Of a DNA stretch of 64,000 nucleotides, positions 13,250 to 25,673 are shown in pieces. The stretch's first letter is position 1, and each line of letters starts with the position of its first letter. The notes beneath the pieces were generated by a model. The model ran no database searches and had not been told where the DNA came from. It was given only the letters and a program-made list of their open reading frames with translations. Position numbers and translations under genes: made by a program. The stretch is from Amphiscolops sp. MND2022 (taxonomy: Eukaryota), in contig OZ076412.1 of assembly GCA_964187785.1 (NCBI GenBank), positions 26,970,001 to 27,034,000 of the forward strand. The letters run 5' to 3'.

Positions 13250-13696
13250 TGTCGAGAAAAGAATTATGACCGAAAGAATGCGTTGTGTTGAGTTTTGATA
13301 AAATGGGCGAATTGTCTTCGATGAGGAATGATAAGGTTTCAAATAATGTTAACTAAATGATAAAGATGATAAGGTTGTCGTTTAAGAAAAGGGTGTTTAA
13401 AACATTTACTCTTTAAAAGAATCTTCTTTCCAAATCCTTTTGGGGCCCTCGTTGCCGAAGAAGAAAATTAGGTTGATCTTACTTTAGAAAACATTCGAAT
13501 TTCCTTTTAGATTCTATTCTGGAGCCGTCGAGTTGTTGAAAATTAGAGAGGAAACGTCAATTGTAATTAAAAAACTGGAAGTTTCATTCAAAAAGAAATT
13601 AAACTTCGCTTTAGTATTGGCTTGAGAGAAAACAAACAATGAGTCAGCCTTTGATCATACATAATTGTGAATGCATTCCTTTTGGCGTTCACAGCA
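13250..13696 (-). repeat. 5' LTR of BEL/Pao element 1
   Basis: TGTCGAG...CACAGCA; homologous to 7137-7583 at offset ~6113. Confidence 0.8.
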
Positions 13697-14620
13697 ATCA
13701 CCATCCATTGTCAAAGAAGTAGAACAATTCTGTGGAATAGTTAAGTTAATTTCTACGGAGGTTCATTCCAAACTTCAAAACTAAAAAGAGCCCGATCCCT
13801 GAATTGTGAAATTTGATATAACCTCCAAATGGACAACGAAAGGTGAAAGACTTTCAATTTACTGGTTTCTAAGCCTTTGGTCCCGTCCTATTTCAAATTG
13901 AACAAACATAGGAGGTCACTGTGACAACCGATGCGTCAGAAAATGCCATCGGCGAAGTATTGTCAAAAAAGGACATTCGGTGATCTACCTGTCAAGAAGG
14001 TTGTCTGCAGCAGAACCGCGGTATTGTAATATTTAAAGAGAAGCATTGGCCAAGTATATCTCATCGATTGTCTACGACAAATCTTGATGGGACGAAAATT
14101 CAAACTAATCACTGACAATAAACCACTGGAGTTCATTTTCTTCCCGAGCCAAGAAATACCCAAGACCGCCTCAGCGTGAATTCGCAGGCTTTCGAATATG
14201 TTGTCGTTTATCAGGAAGGACGGAAAATTTGTCGAGAATGACCTTGTGTATAACGGTACAAGGCCATTTATACCTCCGAGATTACGGCAAAACGTTATCG
14301 AAAGAGCCCATGAAACCCATGCCGGTTTAATTGCAACGAGAAGTATGTTGAAGCTCACATCTTGGTGGCCGGGAATGAGCCGCAATTTTGAGTGATACGT
14401 GAATGCCTGCGCCAGAAGTAATGAAGTTCGACATCGTGTTGATAAATGCATCAGAACATGGCCCTAAGTTGCACCGTGGGACTGGGCCTATATACAGCAA
14501 ATTGGCATTGTCATCCCAACTCATAATGATTGATGCTGGATGTTGATGGATCGAAGCCTTCGTCTGTGGTGATCGCCCAGCTGAAAATGTTTTAAAGTGT
14601 TCCAATGCACATCAAAAGCT
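13697..14620 (+). mobile_element. Ty3/gypsy element, 3' part (RT thumb, RNase H, integrase Zn finger)
   Basis: KEVEQFCGIV; VTTDASENAIG; integrase HHCC region (IERAHETHAGLIATRSMLKLTSWWPGM); truncated by the LINE at ~14620. Confidence 0.75.
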
Positions 14621-17600
14621 CCCTTACAGAGCTTTCATAGAAAAACGATGACTTCTCTGATCAGGCAGTAACACGCTGGAAGCATCTTGAGAGATTGAAG
14701 GCCAGAAACAAATGAAAAGCATTTAGTTTTCCAGCGAAGAACATTATACTGGAAGAGTTCGACTTGTTGTAACATAGTTAACGAAAGAGACCAGGCAGTG
14801 GCGCCGTAAAGGAGAAAAGGCTGATAAGAGCTTTGTAAAGTAGGGATTTTTTTCTTGACACACAGAAAGGAACACTTTGTTTGGAGAAACTGAAAATTCT
14901 GTTGCATTTAGGAAGTTTTGATTCAACATGAGGTTTGGACAATAAAGAACAAAGGTACCATGAAACCCAAACATTCGATCTGATTGACAATCGGAAACTA
15001 TTCGGCCCCAAGCAAAATATGTTCAGACTCATCGTGGCTTCCAAAATTGAGAATTTTACTTTTTGTTGGGTGGACCTGGAGACTGTTAAGGTAACTCCAG
15101 GCAATATCATCTTGCAAAAGGGCTTCAGGGGAAGCGCTGGAAATTTTGAGATCATCAGCGAAAAGGTAACAAGAACTGTTTACCACTTTATGGACAATAC
15201 CGTCAGCAAACAGTACAAAAAGCAAAGGGATAAGCACGCTGTACTGACGCACTCCTGAAGTACCCAATAGGGGAGAAGATAGAGAATGATTTGTTTTCAC
15301 ACATTGAAGAGGGTATTTTAGATAAGAGTGAATAAAGTGGAAGAAATCTGAGTCAAATCCATAGTTGACCAGCTCAGGCAAAAGTTTGTGGCGAGACACA
15401 GAATCGAATGTTTTTCTTATGTCATCTGGTTTAGTGTACAGCTGGATTACGTGAATCCGTGTTGCTCAAGCTTTGTTAGATGCATCATTTCGTTGCAAAT
15501 GATAATGAACAATATTTTTTATAGTATTGAAGAAAACTTAGTCACGATGCTGATGTGACAATAGTTTTAATATCAATATGTGCACCAGATTTGTGAAAAG
15601 GAGTAACAAAGGCTAGTTTCCAAATAACTGGCCAAGGTAGTTTTTGTAATATTTTTTAAGAGCTCAAAACATTTCGTGTGCATGTTGTCTTAGAACACTG
15701 GTAAAGCAGCAATGAGGGTATATCACCCATCAGCACCCGCAGCACTGGAATCATAACATCGCTCCAACAAACATCGAGCATCAGATAAAGAAAAAGAGAG
15801 GTCACTTAGTTTGATGGTATGCATTTCACATTGTAGAGGAGCCGAGTGGCCAACATATTTGATGAAAACAGAAGCAAAAAACTTGTTAAATGCCAAAACT
15901 TTACCAGAGTCGGTGTACAAGGGTTCTCTTCTGGGAATCTTAACAATGGAATTTAGGAGCTGAAACTAAAACAACTCAGTAGCTTGAAACAATGTCTAGT
16001 TGAAGAAAGATCAATCTGAACAATAAAAACTTCTTTTTCCATCTCTAGAATTGGATAGTGATATGTTGAGAACTCCAAGCCTGATAGCAAGTGGAAATGG
16101 ACCATCATTCTCGAATAGTCTCAAGGTCCTTTTTATGGTTGATAAGATGAATAGTATCTGATGAATAGAACGGAGGCAATTTAATCCGAATAGCACGTTT
16201 AGGTTTAAATGAATTCACGAAAGAAGTAACAAGAAGACTGTACCAATCATCAGGATAGGTAAAATTGAAACAACTGTCTCGTGACAAGAAATTGAAGACC
16301 TGTTGAACCTTCCTATTGAACAGAATAGCGTTGAAGGAGGACTTTGAGTAGGAGTTCTGGTGAAATATTGGGACTGGAATTGAATTGAAGTAGAAATAAA
16401 CAGGAAAACGATCTGAGGAAAGGCCTTCAGACAGGGAATCTGATAAATTATCAACAGCTGGATGTCTCAGAGTTTTTGATGTCAGCATTTACCCAGTTTT
16501 AGTCAAAAAGACCAAAAATATGGAATTAACAGCACCGGGTTAAGTAATTTATAGCGTTTGTCTAAGGAGCACACAGAGCGACAGTTTTTGAGAGCGCATT
16601 GGAACAGACTCAGTCGTTTTGTTACGACATCTACCAGAGCATCTTTGTGGTACAATTTCAAATTCCTGATTCTGAAATCACTTTTCTTTTTTTGTTGGAC
16701 ATTGATCACATGGAAACGTTTAGCCAGAATATCCTTGTCCAATTGACAGTCTGTAGAGGACAAGAGTTTTTTGATATTAACAGGATATTTGTAGTTCCGC
16801 AAATAGTGGCTGCGCGCAAAGCAGTTTTCCATAAAGTAAGATTCGGAAATGGTAACAAGAATAGGACGACAACGTTTATGACCAGCAATTATTCTGGCTC
16901 CACCATTTGATTTTGCCAGCATTTCATCTGTGACAGTGTTTTTTTACTGACTGGTTTCGCAATTTTTCCTGGACGACAGATACCAATTACATTTCCTTCA
17001 TCTTGTAAGTCCTTGTGTTGAGCTATTTCTTTGTCATTAAAAGAATCTTTCCCATCTTCAATGAAGTGTGTTGATTCAGTTTCAACCGAACTTGTGATTA
17101 CAAATTGAGGGTCAATTTGAAGAGAGATTTTTTGTTTCTAGCAACAATATCACTATAAGAGGGAAATGAGTTAGTAATGAGCTTTTTTTAGTCGGCGGTT
17201 CATGAAGTGGAACGAGACTTTTATAGCGACTCTTTTTTCCAATCCACACGAAAAGACCAAAATAAAAGAGCAAAACTGAACCAAAAAAGTTTTACCTGTT
17301 TTTCTGCGTAACATACCATACCGTGCGAGACCAAAGTGCCCCCTTTCTTTTTTTTGGCACTGCGAGACTTTGTTTCAATGTTTTGCGACAGAATGGATGT
17401 TGAAAAACCCCAAAGGGTCCCCCTTTCAGTTTTTTTTTCAAAATTGAGACTTTTTTCGGAAATTTTTTTTCACCAAATTTTTCACCTTCAATTTTTTGAT
17501 ATTTTGCAACAATGGATATTAAAAAATGCCAAAAAGATCCCTTTTTTAGCGCGCCAGGGGCCTGCGCTAACGGGCATCTGGCGCGCCAGTTCCATCGTTT

Positions 17601-18100
17601 GGGTTTTTCGTGAATTTGATACTTTGAGTTTTTTGACACTTTCATGTCCTTTTGCTATTTTTTGACCTTAGATATGGCGCCGACTCATGCCGTTCCCGGT
17701 TTGTTGACAATATTATACATACTGGTAATAGTGTATTTAATTCGTTGAGGAACAAGATCAACAAAATAAGGGGATAATTTTTCATGAACGTCATTATACA
17801 GAGAAGATAACTTAGCTTCGGTTGGGATAGATGTGCACGTATCTTTGTTAACCAGACAGACATCAAAAATGCATCAAACGTTTGGTTTGGAACCAAGACA
17901 GGGTGACATCCTCCAGGGAGAGCTTGACACAGTCTCCGTGAAACCAACGGTTGCAAGAGAAACAACCAATTGCCGATGCGTCGGAATCTCTGAACAGCTT
18001 CTTGCATGCTCCGCATTTGAGCCGAAAACTTCTCACTTCTTTAAAATTGGTCACCACGTTGCATGATTTATTCATTTGGATCATTCTTTAATTTTGTGAA
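14620..18100 (-). mobile_element. Decayed CR1/L2-group LINE (PHD-type ORF1, APE, RT)
   Basis: PHD-like CGAC..CFSCNRWFHGDC (17863-18084); RT motifs FDSVSRHKLL, GVRQYSVLIPLLF, YLFADDLKI (15100-15420). Ends approximate. Confidence 0.75.
17183..17704 (+). mobile_element. HINE/DINE-1-like non-autonomous Helentron element
   Basis: T-run + AGTCGGCG at 5'; GCGCCGACT + small hairpin + TTGTT at 3'; interior homologous to the 51198-51837 copy. Confidence 0.8.
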
Positions 18101-18375
18101 ACGGCTCTGTCCAAAAAAAATCGAGCAAACTCGTTACCATAACAAACTAAATAATGGTGACCTCAATTTGCTTGGAGCAATAACAAGCAGAATCCATAAA
18201 CCCTTTGAAGCCGTAACTTGAAGTCGATTGTACCTATTCGTATCGGCATAGCAAACGCTTAAGTCGAATGCTAGACAAACAAACAAGTTCAAAATATCAA
18301 AGGCAGAGAAAACGTGAAGAGAACAATATAGGGAATCTGGTATATATAAGAAATCCTTGATAGGTTTCTTTCCAC

Positions 18376-18444
18376 AATCAAATACCTTGGATCTTCGTCA
18401 TCAACCTAGTGCCGTGTGTTTCATCATGTTCGGAGAAAACACAC
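18376..18444 (-). mobile_element. Very short CRE 3'-end fragment
   Basis: Reverse complement GTGTGTTTTCTCCGAACATGATGAAACACACGGCACTAGGTTGATGACGAAGATCC matches the CRE 3' terminus. Confidence 0.75.
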
Positions 18445-19100
18445 ATCTGTTAAACATAGCACGTTTTGCATCATGGGCATATTATTTCATAGACGGCACA
18501 ATTTTTCAGGCACTTTTTGAAATGATTCTTTATCCTTGCGGGACGAATTTTTTTGTTTGTGAATATTGTGCTGACGCCTTTTGATTGTAGATTTCTGGCA
18601 AAAACGTCAAACTCTTAGCGACAGTACTCCATAGAAACAACTGGTTTCTCATCAATTGAGTTTAACTCGAGAGACATGCGTGATCTCAGTTGGAGTTACG
18701 ACCTTCTCGTTGATACTGCAGACGATGTCTTGGTGGAAGGAAGGCGGTTATTGGTTTGCTTCCCATATCTCCTTTGCCTTCTTAAAACACTCTAGGAGAG
18801 ATTTCTAGTTTGATGCCGCTTGATAGATCATCCACTATATTTCGCTTGTATCTGTTTGGAGCACCACTGTGGAGTGAAAGTACTAAACTGGTGTCTATTG
18901 GGTTTGACTACCAGACTGTGGAAGTTCGGTTGTCACGTCTTGTATTCAATATTCCCGAGGAAAGAAGCAAATACTCAGCTTCCAATTCAGAAGTAAACAA
19001 CAAATTTCGATGTAACCTGTTAACGGATTTCAGAATAGATTCAACACGTGTACTTTTGATAGTCTTAATTATGTCATCGAGGTAGAGTTCAAAGGATTGT
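18445..19100 (-). mobile_element. Penelope-like element fragment (RT C-terminus and start of GIY-YIG)
   Basis: Minus-strand translation LYLDDII..SVNRLHRNLLFTSELE..STVW*SNPIDTSLVL..HSGAPNRYKRNIV resembles the Penelope RT thumb; CAVYEIICP.CKTCYV resembles the GIY-YIG start. Confidence 0.65.
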
Positions 19101-19239
19101 GCCTTGCTGGGTGGGTCTGAGCTACGAGGTCACATCCAGTGGCACAATGTCGCCTCTTTGATTATTTGAATTGTAAGCAAAGTGCACTTTCGGTGTTACC
19201 AACGACCACATACGTCAAAAAAGCAGCAATGATATACTT

Positions 19240-19347
19240 GTTTACTTAAAACTATATGTTAAAAAATTTTCTTCAAACGCATCTCTGTCGCTCACAGTTC
19301 CCAGAACAGAGGCTTCATTGCCGACCTGAAGAGCTATTGAAAACCGT
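19240..19347 (-). mobile_element. CRE copy (3' part) split by BEL/Pao element 2
   Basis: Reverse complement of CRE ORF end (TTCAATAGCTCTTCAGGTCGGCAATG..GAGATGCGTTTGAAG); continues at 27698. Confidence 0.8.
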
Positions 19348-20589
19348 TGGAGCTTCGTGAAGCTCGAATGTCAAAACTTCGTTCACAAAATTAGAAGGGA
19401 TGAACAACGCTTAGGATGATTGGTCTTGGTTCATGGTGAAATAGTTTCAAAAGTTTTAGTTTAGCAAGAGAAACACTAAATTTCAGATTTATGAGAAACA
19501 ATAGAAGGAAAATCAACCTTTTAAAGCATGTCACCATGCTCAAAATATTTTTTATTCATAAACATGCACAAGTACACGTTACAGTGTCAAACGGGTTTTT
19601 GCGTTAACGATCATCAAAATGACACATAAATCGCTACTGTTTATTAGTAAAATATGGAAAGTGGAGCTGGGCAGGAATGGGACAAATTTAGTGACCATGA
19701 TAAAATGGCCGAAATGAATATGCAAGCGAAAGGACGTTGTATTCAAGCTATTTAGACATTAATCTAGTGCACCGTTGTGTTTTTGGGGGCTACAAAAACA
19801 ATTGACAAATATTGAAGCAAATTGATGAAACCAGGGTCACGGGGCAGAGGGAACGTTAATCAGCCCATGGATATGTTACTGTCAATGCAGACTAAATTCC
19901 ATAGAACAGTGCACTTCAATTCTGTTGTCTGTTGCTGTTGCATTCTATTCTGTCCGTTTCAATCTTCTATCTGTGTTGCATTATGGTCACTGAATTCCAG
20001 ACGTTTTTCAAACAAGCCATGTGTGAAGACCTTTGAAAGGAGAGTGTCGGTGGTCGCTGACTATTAAGGGCAGGATGAGTGGGAAGATTATTGGTTCAAG
20101 ACTGGGTCACGCGAGATGAAGAGGAGGATGCGGACAGATATGATAGGTTGCGGATCCCCCTTTGAAAGTTGTGTTGGTCCAAAGACAACAAGTTCTTTGG
20201 CATAAGAAAGAAGGGTCCACATGGCTGGCACGCTCATCCACGCCGCAAGCGATTGACTGCCAGACGAAAACATCAGGCGAGAGGAATAAACAGACAGTAC
20301 CGTGGATTCGGTAAGAAAGTTTCCAAAGAGGCTTGGCGAAGGGATGCAGTAGCCCAGTATCGAAGGTTGCTGCTGGAGGTTCGCCCGGATCTCCAACCAA
20401 AGTAGAGAGTCGTCGAGTCCGATGATCAGCCGTTAACGGAGCTCAAGAAAAAAATGGACCTTGAACACTCGATTGAAGAGGAGCTGCAAGCAGAAGCGGC
20501 TCAGGGTGCTAGTACTTCGTACTAGTACCGTCTTTTTTTTGTGGTCACCCTCTGCTTCTGTTAAAGTTTTCTCTTTTTTGGTAAAATCA
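19348..20589 (-). repeat. 3' LTR of BEL/Pao 2 (~1,242 bp)
   Basis: TG...CA; abuts polypurine tract (minus strand AAGGTGGGCGGAA, 20590-20602); homologous to 25674-27697. Confidence 0.85.
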
Positions 20590-23500
20590 TTCCGCCCACC
20601 TTGAGCAATCTTATTGCTCAACTCAAAGGCAGCTTCCTTAATTTGATTGCAGGTTTCACAAACTCTCTTCGTGCTGTTTTTACCTTGGCAACACAGCAGA
20701 CGTTGTCTTTGCCATGATATGCTTCAATGATCCGTACCAAAGGCTATTGGAGTGGTGGCGTTGTTTCATCTGATAAAAAAACAATGTCGCCAACTTCAAG
20801 AGCTGTTTTTTCTTCTCTGCTCCATTTTCGTCTGTTTTGCAGCGTTGTTAAATACTTCAAGCTCCATCGTTTCCGAAAATGAGAGATCAGTCGTTTCATA
20901 AATCTCCATCGTCTTTGAGGGTTTTCTTCTTCGTTGAGATTGAAACGCGAAATCGTCGGCGGAACTCTTAAATATTGAGTTTCTTTTCTATTGAAAAGCA
21001 TGGCTGGGCTGAGTACAGTATCGTCAATTGGATCGTCAGATGCTTCAATGAGAGGTCTTGAGTTGAGAATTGCTACGATGTCGGAAACTAGTGTGGCCAG
21101 TTCCTCGTAACTCAAGATGTTATTATCCATTGTCTTTTTGAGACGTCGCTTAACTGCTTTGATTCCGGATTCCCAGAGCCCTCCCCAATGCGGTGATTCT
21201 GGTGGAATCATCAACCAGTGCGAGCCAAGATCAGTTGCGAGATTCCGTAAGGATTCCTTATTTCTTAAAGAAGTTTTAGTTCATTCGCTGTTCCCACAAA
21301 ATTTGTGCCATTATCAAAGTATATGCGAACAGGGGCACTTCTGCCAGAAACGAAGCGTCGATGTGCTGCAGTGCAGGCAAGTGTGCTCAGTGAAGAAACT
21401 AACTCCAGATGAATTGCTTTCTAGAATTGTATCGGAAATATTTGATGCAGTTGTGGATGTATTTCCGAATTAAAGTTTTGGCTTGTATAACCCAAAAGTT
21501 TCGTCTAACTTCTGCTGCAGTGGCATTCGCACCAGCGTGCAGCATTTGTGTTTGAACATCAGTGATGATCAACCTAACAAAGGAACTTTCTTTCGGTATG
21601 AGAATCGGGAACGTTGTGATTCTGTTGAAGGCGAACTGTTTCCAATTCTTCCGCCCACCTTGAGGATTCCGTCCTCAATAACTGGATGAAGCTGCAAAAT
21701 TTGACTTTTTTGAGGGAGAAGACGTTGGTTTTGTAGACAATCAATTTCTTCTGCAAAATGTAGGCTCTTCTCATATCATACAAAGTCTTCCAAAACCTTT
21801 TGGCGAAATCTCGATAATCTGGGTCCATGTTTCTTCAGAAATAGCATTTTTTGAGACCATAATTTCTCATTCGTTACTTTTCCAGGAGGTAACGAACATA
21901 ACAATGCACTCATATTGCACAAGACAAAGTGCACTGTTCCTTTAGATTGAAGCGATCTTGATCTAAAGTATCTGAAAATGGTCTCAAAAAACACAAATTG
22001 TGGCTTTTCTTCCTCTCGGCATTGGTTTTGCCCCCATAGTTGGGGTTGCTCGGAAATGCTTAAAGTTTCTAACCACTTTGGACCATTCTACCACGACGTT
22101 TCGGAATCTAATTGATCTGCAGAAACTCCTCGCGTTGCCAGATCAGCTGGGTTATTCTCACTGGGGACAAGTCTCCATCGGTTCACCTTAAGAACATCCT
22201 GGATTGCTTTGACACGGTTAGCGATGAAGGTGTTCCAGCTTCTTGTAATTTCTTGAAGCCAATTAAGGACGAAAGTTGAGTCTGTCCAACCATGAACTTG
22301 CTCCGGTATGAACTGAATTGTCTGCCGAATAGATAAAACAACTTTCATCAAGTTGCAACCCAAAAATGCTGCACAAAGTTCCAATTTTGGTACAGTCAAG
22401 GGTTTCAAGGGTGCTACTTTTGATTTTGAAACTAAGAGGTGGGTCTTTTGGGTTTCCAGGCAACGAGCATAGATGCAAGCAGCATAAGCTAGTTCCGAGG
22501 CATCGCAAAAAAGGTGTAAATCGAAGTGTTTATTGAAGATGTATCTGGGAATCTTCAAATTCGTGATTGTCGGTAGTGTCTTCCGCGAATTAATGAGTTC
22601 CCAATGAAAATCCGGTGGTAGATTTTGATCCCAATCTACTCCACGCACCCAGAAAGACTGCATGATGAGTTTCAACTTCAGCGTAACTGGCATCAGTAGA
22701 CAGAGTGGGTAAAAATTGTTGAGATGCCAGACAACATCGATCTCTTGGTGAAGGTCGACTTTTCTGATTCCTTGCTAGTGAAGACGGAGTTCTCTTCATT
22801 GGGCAACCGTTTTATGCCATGTGTCTTGACAGTGTATTCTTTATCAGTGAAATTTTTTTCATTTTCTCGAGGTCTGGGGATAGTGCTTCAATAATTTGTA
22901 CATCGTGGCCAGCTTATTTCCGCAAAATTGATCCATGCTTTTCCGATTGCTTGATAACTGTTTGAATCAGTTGGGCAGCTTCGTCAGTAGAATGAGCACC
23001 AGAAAGCATGTCATCCACATAGAAGTCCTTTTTAATTAGTTCTTCCACGGATGAATCCTTTCCTGCTTCTTGAAGGGATGGAATGGACTGTTAGCCCGAT
23101 GATCCGATACCATATGTTACTCGCGTCATCCTGTAAACCTTGATCGGTTCTTCCTGTGTGTCTCTCCAGAACAGGCGGTGAAAATACTTATCTTCTTTGT
23201 CCAAAGCGATTTGTCTGTACATTTTGGCAACATCACCATTGATACCGATAGCATAGCACCTGAATCTGATACGATGATTGAATAGATCGTCTTGAATTTT
23301 GGTTCCCACCAGCGAACATCATTAAGGGAGACTTTATTAGACGTTTTTGCTTTGTCGTCAAAACCAAACCGCAATTTAGTTGTTGTACTTTCCTTCTGTA
23401 CAAAATGATGTGGAAGATAAAAGCACTTATGTGACGACATTTCTAGTTCACGTTCCGGGACTTCCTCCAGATGTTTCAGGTCGATGAATTCTCGTATGAA

Positions 23501-25649
23501 ATCTCTGTATTGCTGGTATAGCTTCGGATTCGCCTCTGATCGTTTCTCTAGAATCAGAAAACTTCGCAATGCACTAGCCTTGCTCTCTCCGAGTGGCGGT
23601 GCATCAAGTTTGAAAGGCAACTTCACTTGAAAACGTCCATCAATGAGTTTTGTAGTACAGTCATAGTGATTATTTGTGACCATCTCTGATTCCGTGAAGG
23701 TGGATTTTGTCACTTTTTCAGTGCACCAGAATTTGCTAATACCTAGTGCACTGTTTGTTTGCAAAAAGTTACAAACAATTTCAGAAGAAGAAGAATTATG
23801 GTTTCCCATTTTTGTAATTTCCGCTCTGCCGGTTATCACCCATCCAAAAACTGTACGAGTGAGAGTTAATGACTTTTGTTGAAATCGGTCGTTAGTTGTG
23901 ATTTCATTCATCAACTCAACTCCTATTAGCATGTCAACCTGGATTAGTAAAACTCTTGTCTGCCAAATGTAGGTCCTTTATAATGTTTAGGGTTGTTACA
24001 TCTATAGGTTGACTGGGAAGCTGATTTGTGATTTTGGGGATCACATGCATCTCTGATACTAAGAGATGTTGACTCTGAGGCCTGATTGTAACTGTGACAA
24101 CTCCATCCATTGCCTTGGGTGCTGACGATCCGAGATTGTAAATTGAGGTTTTTGATCCACGTCTTGGAAGTTCTGTTATGAAATTGGTTTCGGATCCACT
24201 GTCAAGTAATGCTCGGATCAAAAAAATTCGTCCCTCTTTACCCTCAACACCTAGTCGACAAGTTCCCAACAAGGCTACAGTGTCTTCATTGTCAGACATG
24301 GAACTAGCATTACGGGAGGTACTTGCTAGTAACGTTCGCGTTTCTGGGGTACAGCTGTTGAAACATTTGCTTTTTCAAACCGTCTCGATTGATTGAAACT
24401 TTCAATATGCAACAATGTGTGGTATGTTTTGTTACACTGTCGACAAAAAAACTTACTAGGTCAATTGACTTCTGAATGTCCCACTTTCAGACAATTAAAG
24501 CAGAGATTCTTGGTTTGAAGATACTGCTTCCTCTGTGTCGGTATCATACCTATGAGTTCTTCTGTCGTTGCAACTGATTGGTCTGAAGATGGAACAGTGC
24601 ACTTCGTGTTTTCCAGCTGAGAGGCGTATGACTGGGATTTTCGAACGACAGCGTGTCTTTTTCAATGGTTTCCAAAGCACGCGCTCTAATGTCAGTGAAC
24701 TTGAGTAAATCTGACAAACTTTGTAAATCCGAAACCTGATTGTTGTAGTTCCCATTGCTTTCGTGTCTCAACTTCCAGTTTACCGTCCAAAACATACAGA
24801 AGAATTGGACCCCAATCACTGCAACCCCCATCCTAGTGCATCTAGTGCAGTCACATTCTCTTGGAACGATTCAAGTAACCTTCTGAGGCCAATAACATTT
24901 TCAGACTTCATTGATGCTTGGTTAAGAATTTCTTCAAGATGCATTCTAAAAATGAATCGTTTGTTAGCATAACGTTGTTCGAGAGTATCTCGAGCTACCA
25001 CATAGTTGGCATCTGTAATGGCTAATTTTTGGACTAACGTGAAGGCTTCCCTTTTCAGTACTGCTTTCAAATAGTTCAATTTTTCAGCCGGTTTGAGTGA
25101 ATTGTTCGAATGAACACTTGCATTGAAGAGGTCAAAAAAGCTAGTCCATTCAGTGTACTTTCCGGAAAAATTTGGAAATTCAATTTTAGGTAATTTAATT
25201 GAAGCAGTATTTCTCTCTGAGTTTCTTGGAATAAATGATGTTATTGTGGTTTCATTTGCTTCATTACCGTTTTCCTGTTTCCTGAATGAGGCGTTGGCAT
25301 TTTTGAATGAATGATGAAAGTTCTGCGTGGAACTCAATAGCTTCTTCAATTTCGGACTCCGTACTCTAGATCGTCTTCTGGTGTTTCGTCTTCTATTTGA
25401 TTGTCTTTTTCCTGAACTTTCTCTTGAGATTGTTTCAGTGCATGAACATTCTTTTTCATTTGCTCCAGATCAATGTGTGTAGGATTTTCGTCTCGATCTA
25501 GAAGAGATTGAATTGATTCTCTTGTCTTACTAGTAAAACTTTTATGTCAGCCTCGGGACCTTTTAAGCCGTCGGAGTTTGTCTATCGTCAGGCCATTCAT
25601 TGGTTCGGGTTGCTTTCGTGCTTGACCTTCCATTCGTCCACGTTGTCTT

Positions 25650-25668
25650 CTCTCGGGTCGCGGCACCA
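25650..25668 (-). promoter_or_regulatory. Primer-binding site of BEL/Pao 2, tRNA-His-like
   Basis: Plus strand CGGGTCGCGGCACCA resembles the eukaryotic tRNA-His 3' end (CGAGTCACGGCACCA); 5 nt from the LTR. Confidence 0.65.
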
Positions 25669-25673
25669 AAAAA

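Larger units (their letters stand above)
7137..13696 (-). mobile_element. BEL/Pao LTR retrotransposon 1 (decayed, two LTRs)
   Basis: Order gag (KLPKLEMPTFKGD; ILKDRYG), RT (LPWHAVYK..KVRIVFDASC; DIEKIFL), Pao RNase H (AYSAAAY..KTRLAP..PKLELMA; WLHG-like WWHGP), integrase (YVAVFACCITRAVQLDLV; IETEPTVNNRPLTY). Many stops and frameshifts. Confidence 0.92.

Noticed and set aside
20088-20400. Sense-strand env-like ORF in the BEL/Pao 2 LTR (20088-20396, 26994-27197)
   Set aside because: These are shadows of the plus-strand frame; no signal peptide or TM pattern and no continuous frame shared by both LTRs.
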